A stretch of 59,112 bases of DNA, the filler included, from Platydemus manokwari (lineage: Eukaryota): the NCBI GenBank assembly GCA_037951405.1. It is 6 parts of 6 records of this genome, joined end to end, with 100 filler letters (N's around TTAATTAATTAA, not from the genome) between each part and the next. Parts side by side here need not be neighbours in the genome. Positions count along the whole stretch, not along the records: positions 18,859 to 28,762 come from JBBMOY011190877.1; positions 28,863 to 37,699 come from JBBMOY011341982.1; 4 more parts are not named here. One strand, written 5' to 3'. The translations under genes were made by a program, and so were the position numbers. Below the pieces are notes generated by a model, which had not been told where the DNA came from, made no database searches, and saw nothing but the letters and a program-made list of their open reading frames with translations. This document shows, piece by piece, positions 25,871 through 37,690 of the stretch. How positions within the stretch are numbered: the stretch's first letter is position 1; every line of letters starts with the position of its first letter.

Positions 25871-27106
25871 CGCTTAAGTTAAGAAAAAGGATCTTTTGAC
25901 CTGATTTTAATCTAATGATTTTTTCTGAGATATTTGATATTAACATTTATTTGTAATCTTATTAAATTTGAAACCGACAATTAAATAAAAGTATCATTTC
26001 AAATATAAAATATCTATTTAACTTGTGTTTATTGCTTCTAGGGACTCTGCGCTTCGATTGCAGACTAGAAATAAGAAGCAATTCTTTATTCCTATCTCTC
26101 CAGTATTTCCACAATTCAAATACAATGTCTTCGGCATCCGCTATTATATTTGGCCTCTTCAAAATAGACCTCATCAATGTCTACGACGCTATTTATTCAT
26201 ATTTATGGAAGCTACAAATTTTGAATCTTAGTAAATAATTTTAAATTCTTAGTTTTATCACTATATTCTGATTATTGTTTGCTCATGGAAGTCATTTTGG
26301 TAATAACCTCTTTGTGTGATCCCCGTGCAACACAAAGAGGCACGGCTGAATTGTTGACCCAAGTCCATATTCTAATTTCGAACTTTGTATATATTTGTGG
26401 CATCTCTATCTGAGCGATTTATTTGATTTGGATGAAATCTTCATTTCATTATAGCATCGACGGGTTTTTTATCTATGCACCCAATCTATTAAATATATAT
26501 TAATATACTAATTTTGAAATAAAATACAAGTACCTAGTTCCTGATATCTCAAAAATTTCCAACCAACTTTTTTTATAAAACAACTCTAAAAATCTTATGT
26601 ATCGATCCATTTACTTTAATGCTAAAAAGCACGTTCTCGCTAATGTACAATTAATTGCATTTTGACCTATTTTGACTAGTTTTTCAAATAATTAATTTTT
26701 AGTAGATTTAACAATTAATATTTAATTATAAAAAAGTTGAAAAAATTCCAGATAATTAAAAAAAATTCAAAATTTTTTTAAAGAATTTCATTAAATAAAG
26801 TATAGAGATTTTTGCAATACACTCCATGTAAGCCGCTACTGTTTTATAAAAACGCATGAAAACGAACTGAAAAGACTCGACATTCAAATAATGAAAATTT
26901 AATACCAAAATTAAATTCAACATAAATTTAAATTAAATAAAAATTTTAATTCAATTTAAAATCAAATTTAATACAACATTAAATTCAATATAAAACTTAA
27001 TTCAATATAATTAAATTCTATACTAATTCAAATTGAATTCAATTTGATATTCTCACACTCCACAAATTAGAAATTTCATTTTAGGACCCTTTTTTTAACT
27101 TAAACC
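25871..27106 (-). mobile_element. Merlin (IS1016/ISXO2-like) DNA transposon with decayed transposase
   Basis: TIRs CGCTTAAGTTAAGAAAAAGGATC ... GGACCCTTTTTTTAACTTAAACC. Minus strand 26193-26027 reads NSVVDIDEVYFEEAKYNSGCRRHCI*IVEILER, frameshift, then KNCFLFLVCNRSAESLEAI, matching the Merlin motifs VEIDESxF..KYNRG..WVFGxxER and CFLVxVxDRSAETL. Confidence 0.8.
26827..27057 (+). mobile_element. Solo LTR nested in the Merlin element
   Basis: TG...CA ends (TGTAAGCC...TCTCACA) with perfect 5-bp TSD CTCCA (26822-26826, 27058-27062). Removing it restores the Merlin subterminal sequence seen uninterrupted in the copies at 4834 and 51727. Confidence 0.8.
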
Positions 27107-30100
27107 AACTAATCAATTAAAATTCAAATTTTTGAAACATCCAAAATTTTAAATAATTTAAAATTAAATTTAAAATTAAAATTCTAAATAATTCATTTTT
27201 AAAATGATTTCAATTCGGTCCATTTAAATTTATTTTTATTTTAATTTTCTCCACAGAAGTATTATGTTTATTTTTAAACTTTTCTAAGATTGGATAGATT
27301 GTTTGTGCTTGAAATATAATTTGGAGAGATCTGTGATCTAGAAAGAAGAAATGCATATTTTAAATGCATATCAAAATCAACGCACTCGATTTATTTAACA
27401 ATATTAGAATGCACATTTGATTTCAATGGTCCTTAATTCATTACTTTTACAATTTACAATGGAAAATTATCAAGAATGATCACATCTAACATTTGAGCAG
27501 ACTTCGTCTAAACGTAAAAAAATGATTATTAATAAATATCAAAACACAGTTTGGATTGATTGAAATCGATACTGTATTAGAAAATGAATTTTCGTTAGTA
27601 AAAAAGAAAAACTTTCAAATATCACCCCAACGGTCAGAGTCGTGTTAATTTTTTTGGATGCCTTAATTGACTAATAAAAATTCTTTCAATTAGAAAGGTC
27701 GACAAAAGTAATTTATCTCTTTTTGTTATCATCTTTCATCAGTATAATTCGGTGACAATTTTCATCGTTCTCCCCAGTTGATTAGTTCGATTATTGATTG
27801 AGTCTATGTTGGAGAAAATTTTTCGACCAATTCTACATGGGAAATGAATTTTATTTCATTCTGAAAAAAATAATTTATTCCCATTTTAAAATATTTTTTA
27901 TCCCAAGCACATTGTGGTCCCTACAACTGCTTCGGGAACTAATTTTAAAGCCAACTTAATCGATATCGAATATTTTAATTTGTTATGAATTGTCGTGACA
28001 GCTTGACTAGATATTTACAAGTGTGTATCATTTATTAGTTCACTGCAAATAAACCATTTATATGGCTTCAAACCCAGTTGATTATTTTGGGACAAAAATC
28101 AATCCTAAAACGAACTAAATCTATCGATTTGCTTGACTTTTTTTCAGACTCAAATTTGTCATTTTTATCACTTGTATTGAATAAGTGATCGATAGATTTC
28201 TATTTCAAAATGCAGATGTATCAACCTACATTAGCTTGAATTCCTGAACATAAATCATCATAATGTTTGTTAGACGATCTACAAAAATCAGTTGAAACGA
28301 CAGAATGTTACAATTTCAAATCCAATACATGAGAACAATACTTTTACTTATCTCTATTTAAAATGCAAATCATTTTGATTGACTTTATGTTTGTCTTTAA
28401 GTAGCCAAAAAAATTCTCTGAGCAAAATCGACTTAAAGGTCGCGCATTTTCATATTCAGCATGTGATAAATAAAATACGGAGAAAAAAATTATTTGAAAT
28501 ATGTTGTGTTGAATTATCGAATAGATGTTTAGGATGTGAAAAGACAATAACTGATTTCAATCTTTGAATTGATTGGATTTATTATCAACATATTTTACTA
28601 TGCCATGAATTTATCAACACTTTCAATTCTGGCAGAAAATAAATTTTTTAAAATTAAATTTCTCGATTATTTTTTGATCAAGAAATATTCCAAAAATATT
28701 TCGAATAAAATTAATTTATTAATGGAAAATTTTCCGTTAGTTTGCTAAAGAAATATGATTTTNNNNNNNNNNNNNNNNNNNNNNNNNNNNNNNNNNNNNN
28801 NNNNNNTTAATTAATTAANNNNNNNNNNNNNNNNNNNNNNNNNNNNNNNNNNNNNNNNNNNNATTTATATTATATTCATTTACATTAATATTGATTCGTA
28901 TTATATTGATTTTCGTAAAAATTCTCGACAGGAACATTTAAGCTTGATTTAAGTGGTTGTAGATGTAGAATTTATTATTGTCAATTAATAGTATTGGTAA
29001 ACGTTTAAGTATATCGTTAAACAAATTAGGAAAATTATATAAAATAGTATAATGAATTTTAAATTATTTTGTATATTCTTTAAATGTGTGTATTTTCTTC
29101 GACAACAAAATTGAAAACTACTTTATTATAATTGTTTCATTTATTATCTAATATTCAGAGACCAATTAATAATACGAGTTAGTGCTCTCTAATACAATCA
29201 ATTGGAAATCTTTAATAATTTATGTAGTGCTAAATATTTACTACCGAAAATACATCAGTGTAATAAGTCCAATACATTGTTAGATTCATTATTATTTTTT
29301 CTGAGAATCTAGGAAAACAGTTCATAAAAAATTCAAATAATCAATAAGTGTTTTTGTGAAGAGTGCCATATTTGGTGTATTTTATGTTAATGATAATTGA
29401 AAATGTAATGAATAATTTGCCGAAATATAATTTTATAATAATATTAATGTAATTTTTATTGATAACATTGTATGGAATGAGCTTTTAATAAAAATAGAAA
29501 TTCGGAAAAAGGAAATTATGAAAAGGTGTGTGAATTAAATTCGTTATTTTTAAAAGAAATTTTCCAAAAATATCAACTCAACTGACATACAAATTTAAAA
29601 TAAAATAATAAATGACATAATAACTAAGAACAAAGAAAGGCAGTTAAAAGCAGAAAACGCGAACAAAATACTCGATTAAAAATACCAACAAATAATGGAA
29701 AAACTCAATCTATGAAGAATATTGTTTGATAAGTCATAGTAACTTATTTTGATAAAATTAAAAATTGATTGAGAGAAAAAGAAATAATAATCAGAACATT
29801 GCGCTAAACAATGTTTGTCTTACGGAAACCTTACTCGTCGTCAAAATTCGTTATTTAAGTTTTTTCTTCAAAAGCGAGATAACAGAGAACGAAGCAGGAA
29901 TTATTTATTACGTTGTCAGTTCTACTATCTTGTTATTTAAAGAAGTAATTCTTATATCCTGTAATAAAAAATTGAAATAAGGCCGATCTCAGTTTGTTTT
30001 ATAATTTTCGCGGTTTAGTTTAAACATCTTTTGTTGTTTAAACGATTTTTGACGATCCTTTGTTTCGAGAGCTAATTAATACAGCATGTCTAAGTAATTT

Positions 30101-30830
30101 ACGCTATTATCAAATACTTTTGTAATCTGTATATTATAATAGTATTAACCTTTTAGACTTAATCACACCTATGTAACTAAACCCATATTATCTAGTGCTA
30201 AATAGACGGGACATTAATAACAAATAGATAATTCCATTAATCGAGAAAAAGTCGAACTATACATAGAAATATAATCACCATAAAACTTTCAAAAATTACA
30301 AAGTTAATGGAAATGGAATAAAGCTTATTTAAGTGTTTAACGAATTTTTAATTTTCTCCACGATAGACAGCTACCTCTGTATTTTTGGTAAAAGAAAGTT
30401 ACAAACCCTTTGGTTTATTAACAATGTTTAAAATAAATGAAATGTAATATAATTTTTAAAATATTAATTTTTACATATCTAGTTAGAGTTATTTCCAAAA
30501 TTATTTTATAGTAATTCAAGTTCTAAAAAATGGTTAAGAGTTAATTAATTTAAATAAAAAATGTACATTATTAGATTTCTGAATTTTTGATTTATTTGTG
30601 TGAACTTAAACTACAAGTTGCGCATCATAATTTTTTATTATTTTAATAGTTAATTAAATTTTTTAAAATTTTGATTTGTAAATATTGTTATAATAGATTT
30701 ACAGAGATATTGTTTATTTTGTAATGTTATATAATTTTTTAATCCTTTGTTTATTTATATTGTTATTTAAATATTAAGTTTTTGAATAAGAAAATTTAAC
30801 TAAATAATTGATATTTGTCTTTTCCTTATT

Positions 30831-31618
30831 ATGACTTTTGCCGGATTTAAAAAACAGATTAATAAAGCCAACCAAGTAAATAACTTTAAGTTTAATTCTT
30901 GATTTTAAATAGTGCTCGACAATATTAGCTTTTATCAGAGAAAATTGGAGGTGCGAAAGGAACAGAGTTGGATAACGATTTTCTTGAAAGTGAAAAGGTC
31001 TCCTAAATCTGGCTTTTTATTATGGTTTTAAATATTTAAATACAGGCCATTGATAACTATAAATCTCTTATTGATGAGTTGCTGTTGAAAACGACAGAAT
31101 ATCTGCAACCAAATCCTGCTCACCGAACCAAATTAATGGCAGCCAAAACATTTCATAAAATTGCTGGAAAAGACGGTGAAAGGCCTCTTTACCCGCAAAT
31201 TGAGGGAAATATATCAGATATTTTTATGAAACATGGTAATGAATCCGTTGGAAATAGTTTCGGTTCGATGAGATTTAATTATGCAATACTTTTTTGATTG
31301 ATAATTCAATTTTAGGAAAATCCCTCATAGAAATTGGTGAAACTTTTAAAGAATTGGAAGAAAAAAAGTACGGCTTAGAAGACACGGTGATGCAAAATTT
31401 CATCTGCCCACTATCGAAACAGCGTAATAATGATATTAAAGAAATTTCTGTAATTGCTTTTCTGTTATTTTAAGAAACTTAGATATAATAATATTGATTG
31501 CCATTTTATATAGTATAATTTAATAAATTTTTTATTAATTATAATTTATAGACGCATAGAAAAAAAGTTCACAGTCGAAGATTGACGTATGATGCATTGA
31601 AAAGAAATAAAGAGAAAG
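30831..31618 (+). CDS. endoA: Endophilin A (SH3GL family), first five exons = N-terminal part of the N-BAR domain; 3' exons not found
   Basis: Exons 30831-30875, 30929-30997, 31046-31262, 31316-31449 and 31552-31618 join in phase: [68 protein letters not shown], matching endophilin A signatures ([34 protein letters not shown]). Confidence 0.92.
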
Positions 31619-32200
31619 GTATGTTTTAATTTTCAAATTATTATGTTATGAATATTAAATAAAATTTATAATACAATTCATCATTTATATATGTATTGAT
31701 TATAAAATTTTAAAAATTTACACTGTGTATCTATCTATATGTGTTTCATTGTGTGTGCGTGTGTGTGTCTCATTTGTGCTCTGATTGTGTGCGCTTATAC
31801 CGATTGATATCGTTTTGCCATTTGTATTTTTGTTTGCGTTTAAAATAGAAATTGGATTTCATTTGATATTGATTGAATCATTTGAGTTGATTAACAATGG
31901 CGACATGTTTCATTTATCTATTAATTTTCCCGCTTATTTTGTGAAATCTGAAATTGTACGGAATATGTATTCATTAAAAGAGAAATATAAATATATTTGT
32001 AATAAATTATTATTATGTAATATTTTTTTAAAAATTTTAATTAATTTTATTTTATCATTAATATGTTTTTTGTTTTTATATTTCGCATGATAGTAATTAT
32101 TGATTTAATAATATCATTGATTATAGTGATAATATTTATTATTAATAATATTGTTGTCATTATTAGAATTATCGCCATTATTATAGCAAGTTTCACATTA

Positions 32201-32248
<48 letters not shown>
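32201..32248. repeat. (ATT)n microsatellite within a larger ATT-rich tract
   Basis: Direct reading; produces spurious poly-Ile ORFs. Confidence 0.95.
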
Positions 32249-32392
32249 GATTTATTATAATAACAATTAGTTGTTATTATTATCATATTATTATTATTAT
32301 TTAATTAATAATAAATATTGATTATTATAATAATTATTATTTAAAAACTATACTGATTATATCATCTCATTGATTTCCATTTAAATCCACAG

Positions 32393-34618
32393 CAAAACAA
32401 AACTGAAATTGCTAATAATGTTGATGAAAATGAAAATGGAATGCCAATTAACACAGAGCCCATCAAATCTGATTATAAATTCCAATCGATAATAAATAAT
32501 CAATATCAACAATCGATATTTGACAATCTAAATAATGATAATAATATCGAATCTGAAAATCAAAATAACAATCCTGTTAACGAATCAGTTCAGCATGTAT
32601 TGCCTCGTTTAGTCGATAATAATATCGATCGTATTGATCAGAAACACATGGACAATTTTCATAAAATCAACACTCGTGGTTGTCACGTGGGTGATTCTAC
32701 GGTTGAGAAGTCACTTTATCCTTTAGATCATAATAATGATTATTCCAATCACAAACGAAATGAAATATTTCAGAAAATCAATACTCACGGTCACACGGCT
32801 GATTCCACAATAGAGAAATCGATATATGCTGTGAATAATAACTCTGACAACAAGCATATGGATAATTTTCAGAAAATCAATACTCACGGTCACACATCTG
32901 ATTCCACAATAGAGAAATCGATGTATCCGGAAAACCACGTGATTGATAATGTCAATCGCAAATATGTGGATAATTTTCAAAAAATCAATATTAATAGCCA
33001 CATCGGTAATTCAACAGCTCAGACATTGTTATATCCGGAATCGGTAAACGTCAGTGTTGCATCAAGGGAGAATGAGAATATCGATCATTTCAAACGCATC
33101 AATATCCACGGACATTCGTCGTATTCAACGATTCAGGATGTTATGTACCCTTTAAACAAGGAATCCCGAAATGATCTAATAATAAACATTAACACTCCAA
33201 ATGAAGAGGTGAACTCATTAATCGATACCAGAGAATGTTTACCGTGTGATGTTAACACCACCGAGGATTCGAATGATTGGCTGTCTGATATTCAACGCGA
33301 AGCATCTAATCGATCGAAATTATTGAAGAATCTTGCAACGCATTCAATCGGTTTACGAAATTCGTCTAATATTTCCTCATTTTATCCCGTAATTTCGAAT
33401 TCTTCAATTACCCAATTGGATAGATCGATTCTCTCCACGATTCCAATCAATCATTCTCTTACAACGGAACAACAATTACCCGATCGAATTTTGGCCATTG
33501 AAAACGAACCGATTGATATAATTATCAATAGGAGTCTCGTTCCGGTGATAATGGCTCAGGTGAAATTGGTCGACAAGGCTGTCATGAATTGCTTGCTCAA
33601 TACATTCCGATTGCGCGATCATTTGAAAGAAATTCGTAAATTCATGTTTCTTGAAGATGGCAAATTCTCATTGGCGTTGCTATCGAAACTGTTCGAATTG
33701 ACATTAGCTGATGATTGGCTAAAAAATCGTAAAATCAATAAACGTTTATTATTGTCAGACTTGGTTAAATCTTCGATAAATTGTGTCCATGGTAACAGTG
33801 ACTGCTTCTGTGCCAATATTGATTTGTGCCTTGTGGAGGATAAAATCCCTCAGCGTGTCCACTACAATAATCAACTGGATAATTTCGCATTGACCTACTC
33901 GGTTTCATGGCCACTCAATATCATTATCCAACCCAAACAAATAATCCAATACCAATCAATATTCAGAGCAATTGTGCAAATCAAATATGCCAACTGGTGC
34001 CTGTTGCAAACTCGCCAAATCATAAAATCGTGGTTTTCAAAATCGAAAATAGATTCTCTCGACGCCTCATCTGGATTGAGATGTCTTTATTCTTGCTTGA
34101 CAGAAATGGATCATTGGGTTCGATCGATTGATTTTAGTTTAGGCAATCAAGTGTCCGGATGTGGAGTTGATAGTTGGCAGAAGATGATCAATAATTTGGA
34201 TAATGGAAACATTGATAATATCGATTGTCTCATTGAATCACACACCATCTATTTGGATGGCGTGATAATGCAATGTGTTCTTGCTGGAGATGACACGAAA
34301 TTATTGATTGTGCCAGATTCCGTGAGGAAAATGCGAGAAAATGTTCGGAAAATGCTAATCAATACTCTGGGTTTGTGTGTAACTTATTATCGATTGGTGA
34401 ATATCAATCATTGGTCGACATCGATTCCTCTGTTGCCAGATCAGAAGAACAATAACGACAAAATTGTCAAGCGCGTCTGTGAACTGCATCGGAAATTCAA
34501 ACAGTATGGCGATTGCCTGTTGAGAATTATCAGAGGATGTCCACAGGACAGTTATCTGGAACATTTGTTTATTTCTCTTGATTATAACGAGTTTTATTAT
34601 CACCCCGCATCAGTTTGA
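32393..34618 (+). CDS. TUBGCP6: Gamma-tubulin complex component 6, large terminal exon (repeat region plus C-terminal GRIP2 domain); N-terminal exons missing
   Basis: 725-aa ORF. Five repeats of FQKINTHGHTSDSTIEKSMYP resemble vertebrate GCP6 repeats (RWNTHGHVSDASI). They are followed by a GCP C-terminal domain (RSLVPVIMAQVKLVDKA, LRDHLKEIRKFMFLEDGKF, LTYSVSWPLNIII, LIESHTIYLD, LFISLDYNEFY). Phase-0 acceptor CCACAG at 32392; in-frame stop at 32354. Confidence 0.88.
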   Translation, partial: QNKTEIANNVDENENGMPINTEPIKSDYKFQSIINNQYQQSIFDNLNNDNNIESENQNNNPVNESVQHVLPRLVDNNIDRIDQKHMDNFHKINTRGCHVGDSTVEKSLYPLDHNNDYSNHKRNEIFQKINTHGHTADSTIEKSIYAVNNNSDNKHMDNFQKINTHGHTSDSTIEKSMYPENHVIDNVNRKYVDNFQKININSHIGNSTAQTLLYPESVNVSVASRENENIDHFKRINIHGHSSYSTIQDVMYPLNKESRNDLIININTPNEEVNSLIDTRECLPCDVNTTEDSNDWLSDIQREASNRSKLLKNLATHSIGLRNSSNISSFYPVISNSSITQLDRSILSTIPINHSLTTEQQLPDRILAIENEPIDIIINRSLVPVIMAQVKLVDKAVMNCLLNTFRLRDHLKEIRKFMFLEDGKFSLALLSKLFELTLADDWLKNRKINKRLLLSDLVKSSINCVHGNSDCFCANIDLCLVEDKIPQRVHYNNQLDNFALTYSVSWPLNIIIQPKQIIQYQSIFRAIVQIKYANWCLLQTRQIIKSWFSKSKIDSLDASSGLRCLYSCLTEMDHWVRSIDFSLGNQVSGCGVDSWQKMINNLDNGNIDNIDCLIESHTIYLDGVIMQCVLAGDDTKLLIVPDSVRKMRENVRKMLINTLGLCVTYYRLVNINHWSTSIPLLPDQKNNNDKIVKRVCELHRKFKQYGDCLLRIIRGCPQDSYLEHLFISLDYNEFYYHPASV

Positions 34619-35664
34619 TGATCGACAATCTTGATGAGTTCTTTATTTTAGAAATATATATATTTTTGCATTTTTCTCATGATTTTTTTCGATTATTTTA
34701 TGCTGGACGTGTTATCCTCACCATAACTCACAGAATAAAGCTCGCACAATTGATTTTTAACCGCAAATATCAGTTTATATGGTCTGCAATCAATATAATC
34801 AATCACGTGATCAAATCATGATTTCGAATCATTTTTAAATTGATTTTAGTTTTCTGTAATTAAAATAATAATTCCATGAAATTATTGATTTATTCACCTT
34901 GTTTATCTACAGTTTCTATAATGGGGTGGGTCCAGAATTATTTGTTATAGAAAAATCATGAATTAATGTATTGGGTTTTGGTGAGTTGAAATATATTTGC
35001 AACTAGTTGAATGTGGTTATGATTGCTGAGCTTTAACAGGCTGTGTGAAATTAAGCTTACAAGATGAATAAGATGTGAACGACTGGAATGTAAAAATAAA
35101 CAATAAAAATTTTAAACCTCTGATATTTTTGGCAAATGTGTAGGCTTTTCTTAATTAAGCTTTGTCTCAACTTATTCATTTCATTGTTAGACCAGATATA
35201 ATTGTTAATGAAGATATAATTGATAAATAAAATTGAGTGAAAATTCTGGATTTATATGATAACTATGAATACCACTATATACTAATTTGAAACTTATAAC
35301 TATAAGATTAGGTTGCGATTTTATCCCCAACAGGATCTGCTCGTCTCAGATATGTTAGAAGTGTTCGATCACTCTCTTATACTACGAATAATATTTTAAA
35401 TATAAATAGTGAGGTGAATATGAGCTATCATAAAAAATAGGATTAGTAATAAATTATCAAATAAAACGCTACAATAGAATAACTTTATAAACAATATAAA
35501 TAAAATTTTATAATACATTAAACGCACAGTTAAATCAAAATGAGCTTTGTTTTAATATATAAATAAGCGATTGTTGAGGAAAACGTACATCACGTGGTGA
35601 TTATTTCAAACCAGGAGCTTGGTTTTGCTGTGGTGAGCATGAACACCGGAATTTTGAAAGTCCA

Positions 35665-37250
35665 TTGTGGAATAAATGTTTAATATGCAGAAAAGAAGGA
35701 CATTCATTCAGAGAATGTCATTTAGCCAGAAAGTCTACTTACAATAGTTCGAGGAGAATACTGTGCATCCATGACGAAGAAAAGGAAGTCGATGTTCGAA
35801 CCGAAAGTGAATCAGATGATTGTGTTAGCTCACTTTCCATGGAAGAGAAAACTGAAAACAACCTCCTGTGTATATCTAATCAGTGAGGTTGACTCAATAG
35901 GACGCATATCAGCAAGAGATGGAATAGGAATAAAGAAGGAAAACGGCAAGAGGAAGAGGAAGCATTCACAATAAGCATTCCAATAGTTTTGAACAACAAA
36001 CTTCTAGTAAAGGAGATCATCATAGTAAAAGACATTTCAACCGGGATTTATCGAAAGAGTTGGTATGATGAAGACTTGTGGAATATTCCTTACATGAATA
36101 AAATCGATTGATGCCCAAGACGTGGGAAAGAAATACATCGACCTAGACTAAATCGAAATGGCACTGAAGAGTATTGCTGACCAGAATGATATTTCATTGA
36201 ATAGCTGAATAAAGGAAATGGCTCAATTTTTATGACTTCTTGGTTCGATTAGGGATTAACAAATTTGGGGAAGCATTAGATCCGTACAAAAGAGAAACCT
36301 ATTGCTCAAAATCTCAGAAGGCAGCCAATAATTTTAGAAACCAAAATTCATGAATTGATAGAAAATCTTCTAAAAAGTAATGTCATAACACTTTGCAAGA
36401 GCCCTTGGAACTCTCCTTTGGTCGTGGTTCCTAAAAAAGATGGATCGATCAGGATGTGTTTAGACTTCAGAAAATTAAATGAACAGACTGAGAAGTTTTT
36501 TTTCTGGTACCTGACATTCAAATGTTATTGGACTTAGTGTATGGAGCGACAGTATTCTCCACGATAGATTTAGGCCAAGCATATTATCAGGTTGAACTTG
36601 AAGAAGATTCTAAAATGAAAACGGCGTTCAGCACAATGACTGGGCAGTTCTGTTTTAACAGACTACCTTTTGGATTATGTACCGCGCCAGCAAAGTTTCA
36701 GAGTCTAATGAATACTATATTCAAGAACTTGATATACAAAGGCGTTCTTGCTTATCTAGAAGATATTTTAGTGTATGGAAGAACAGTAAAGGAGCACAAT
36801 GAGAAACTTGAAAAGGTATTCAGGTTAATTAAATCATCAGGTTTGAAAATCAATCTCGAAAAATGCACTTTTGGCACTAGAAAATTGAATTTCATGGGTC
36901 ATACGGTCAATTCAGAAGGTATACAAACTAATGACAATAAAGTAAAGAAGATTAAGAAAGCAATTAAATCTGGTTGCATGCACTCAGTTGAGGTCGTTCC
37001 TAGGATTATCTAATTATTACAGAAGATTTATCAAGGATTTTGCATTAATTACAGCTCCGTTATATGCGATGATGACTGGAAATGACAAGAAATTGGAGTG
37101 GAGTACAGAGTGTTTGAAAAGTTTTGGAAACCTAAAAGAACAATTAAGCTAACCCTAACCCAAATATGTCACGAAACATCGAACATGAAGTACTGAATTG
37201 TGATACTTGTGCTAAACGGAAGGTATACACTGGGCGAACTAAAGAGATTT
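35665..37250 (+). mobile_element. Degenerate Ty3/Gypsy LTR retrotransposon fragment (gag knuckle, RT, integrase Zn-binding fragment)
   Basis: CCHC knuckle CLICRKEGHSFREC. RT motifs SPWNSPLVVVPKKDGSIRMCLDFRKLN, FSTIDLGQAYYQV, KTAFST, LPFGLCTAPAKFQ and YLEDIL (catalytic YxDD mutated), with frameshifts. PNMSRNIEHEVLNCDTCAKRK at ~37160-37225 resembles the integrase CxxC, implying RNase H is deleted. Confidence 0.9.
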
Positions 37251-37252
37251 TT

Positions 37253-37690
37253 CGTTTAAGTTAAGAAAAGGGTTTCTTTCACCTACTTTCGTAATGATGA
37301 ATTTTCGCTCATGACGTAATTTTACAGTTTAATTTTATATATAATTTTCTCAGGTGTTAATTTTATATTTATATTGTAATATTTCTCTCTTAGATTGCCA
37401 CACCACGGTTTTGGGATTCAAANNNNNNNNNNAAAAAGAAATGAAGTTACCAGAAAATTTTTTATACTAATGAATATTTTTTAATATATCATTTTTTAGC
37501 AAATTTTGTACAGTTTTAAGCATTTTGATGTTTTAAATATTTCAGTTATTATCTTACGTTTTAAGATGTCGAATAGAAAAAAAGAGTTTTTAAATCACGT
37601 TCCTATTCTAATCACAGAGCATTAATTTTTCAAATTATAAATAAACTTAGTAAATCCCTGACATGTTTAATAGACTATTATTACTTGTTA
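37253..37690. mobile_element. Merlin-family copy (left TIR and subterminal region) truncating the Gypsy fragment
   Basis: CGTTTAAGTTAAGAAAAGGGTTTCTTTCACCTACTTTCG matches the TIR of the other copies; downstream TTTTAAGATGTC..GTTCCTATTC matches the interior of the 4834 copy. Right end lost in a gap. Confidence 0.6.

Noticed and set aside
32047-32286. Poly-Ile ORFs (also poly-Leu/Ile at 44649-44861)
   Set aside because: Translations of (ATT)n microsatellites.
36355-37013. RT as an active or domesticated enzyme
   Set aside because: Frameshifts, YLED in place of YLDD and a missing RNase H indicate a dead Gypsy copy.
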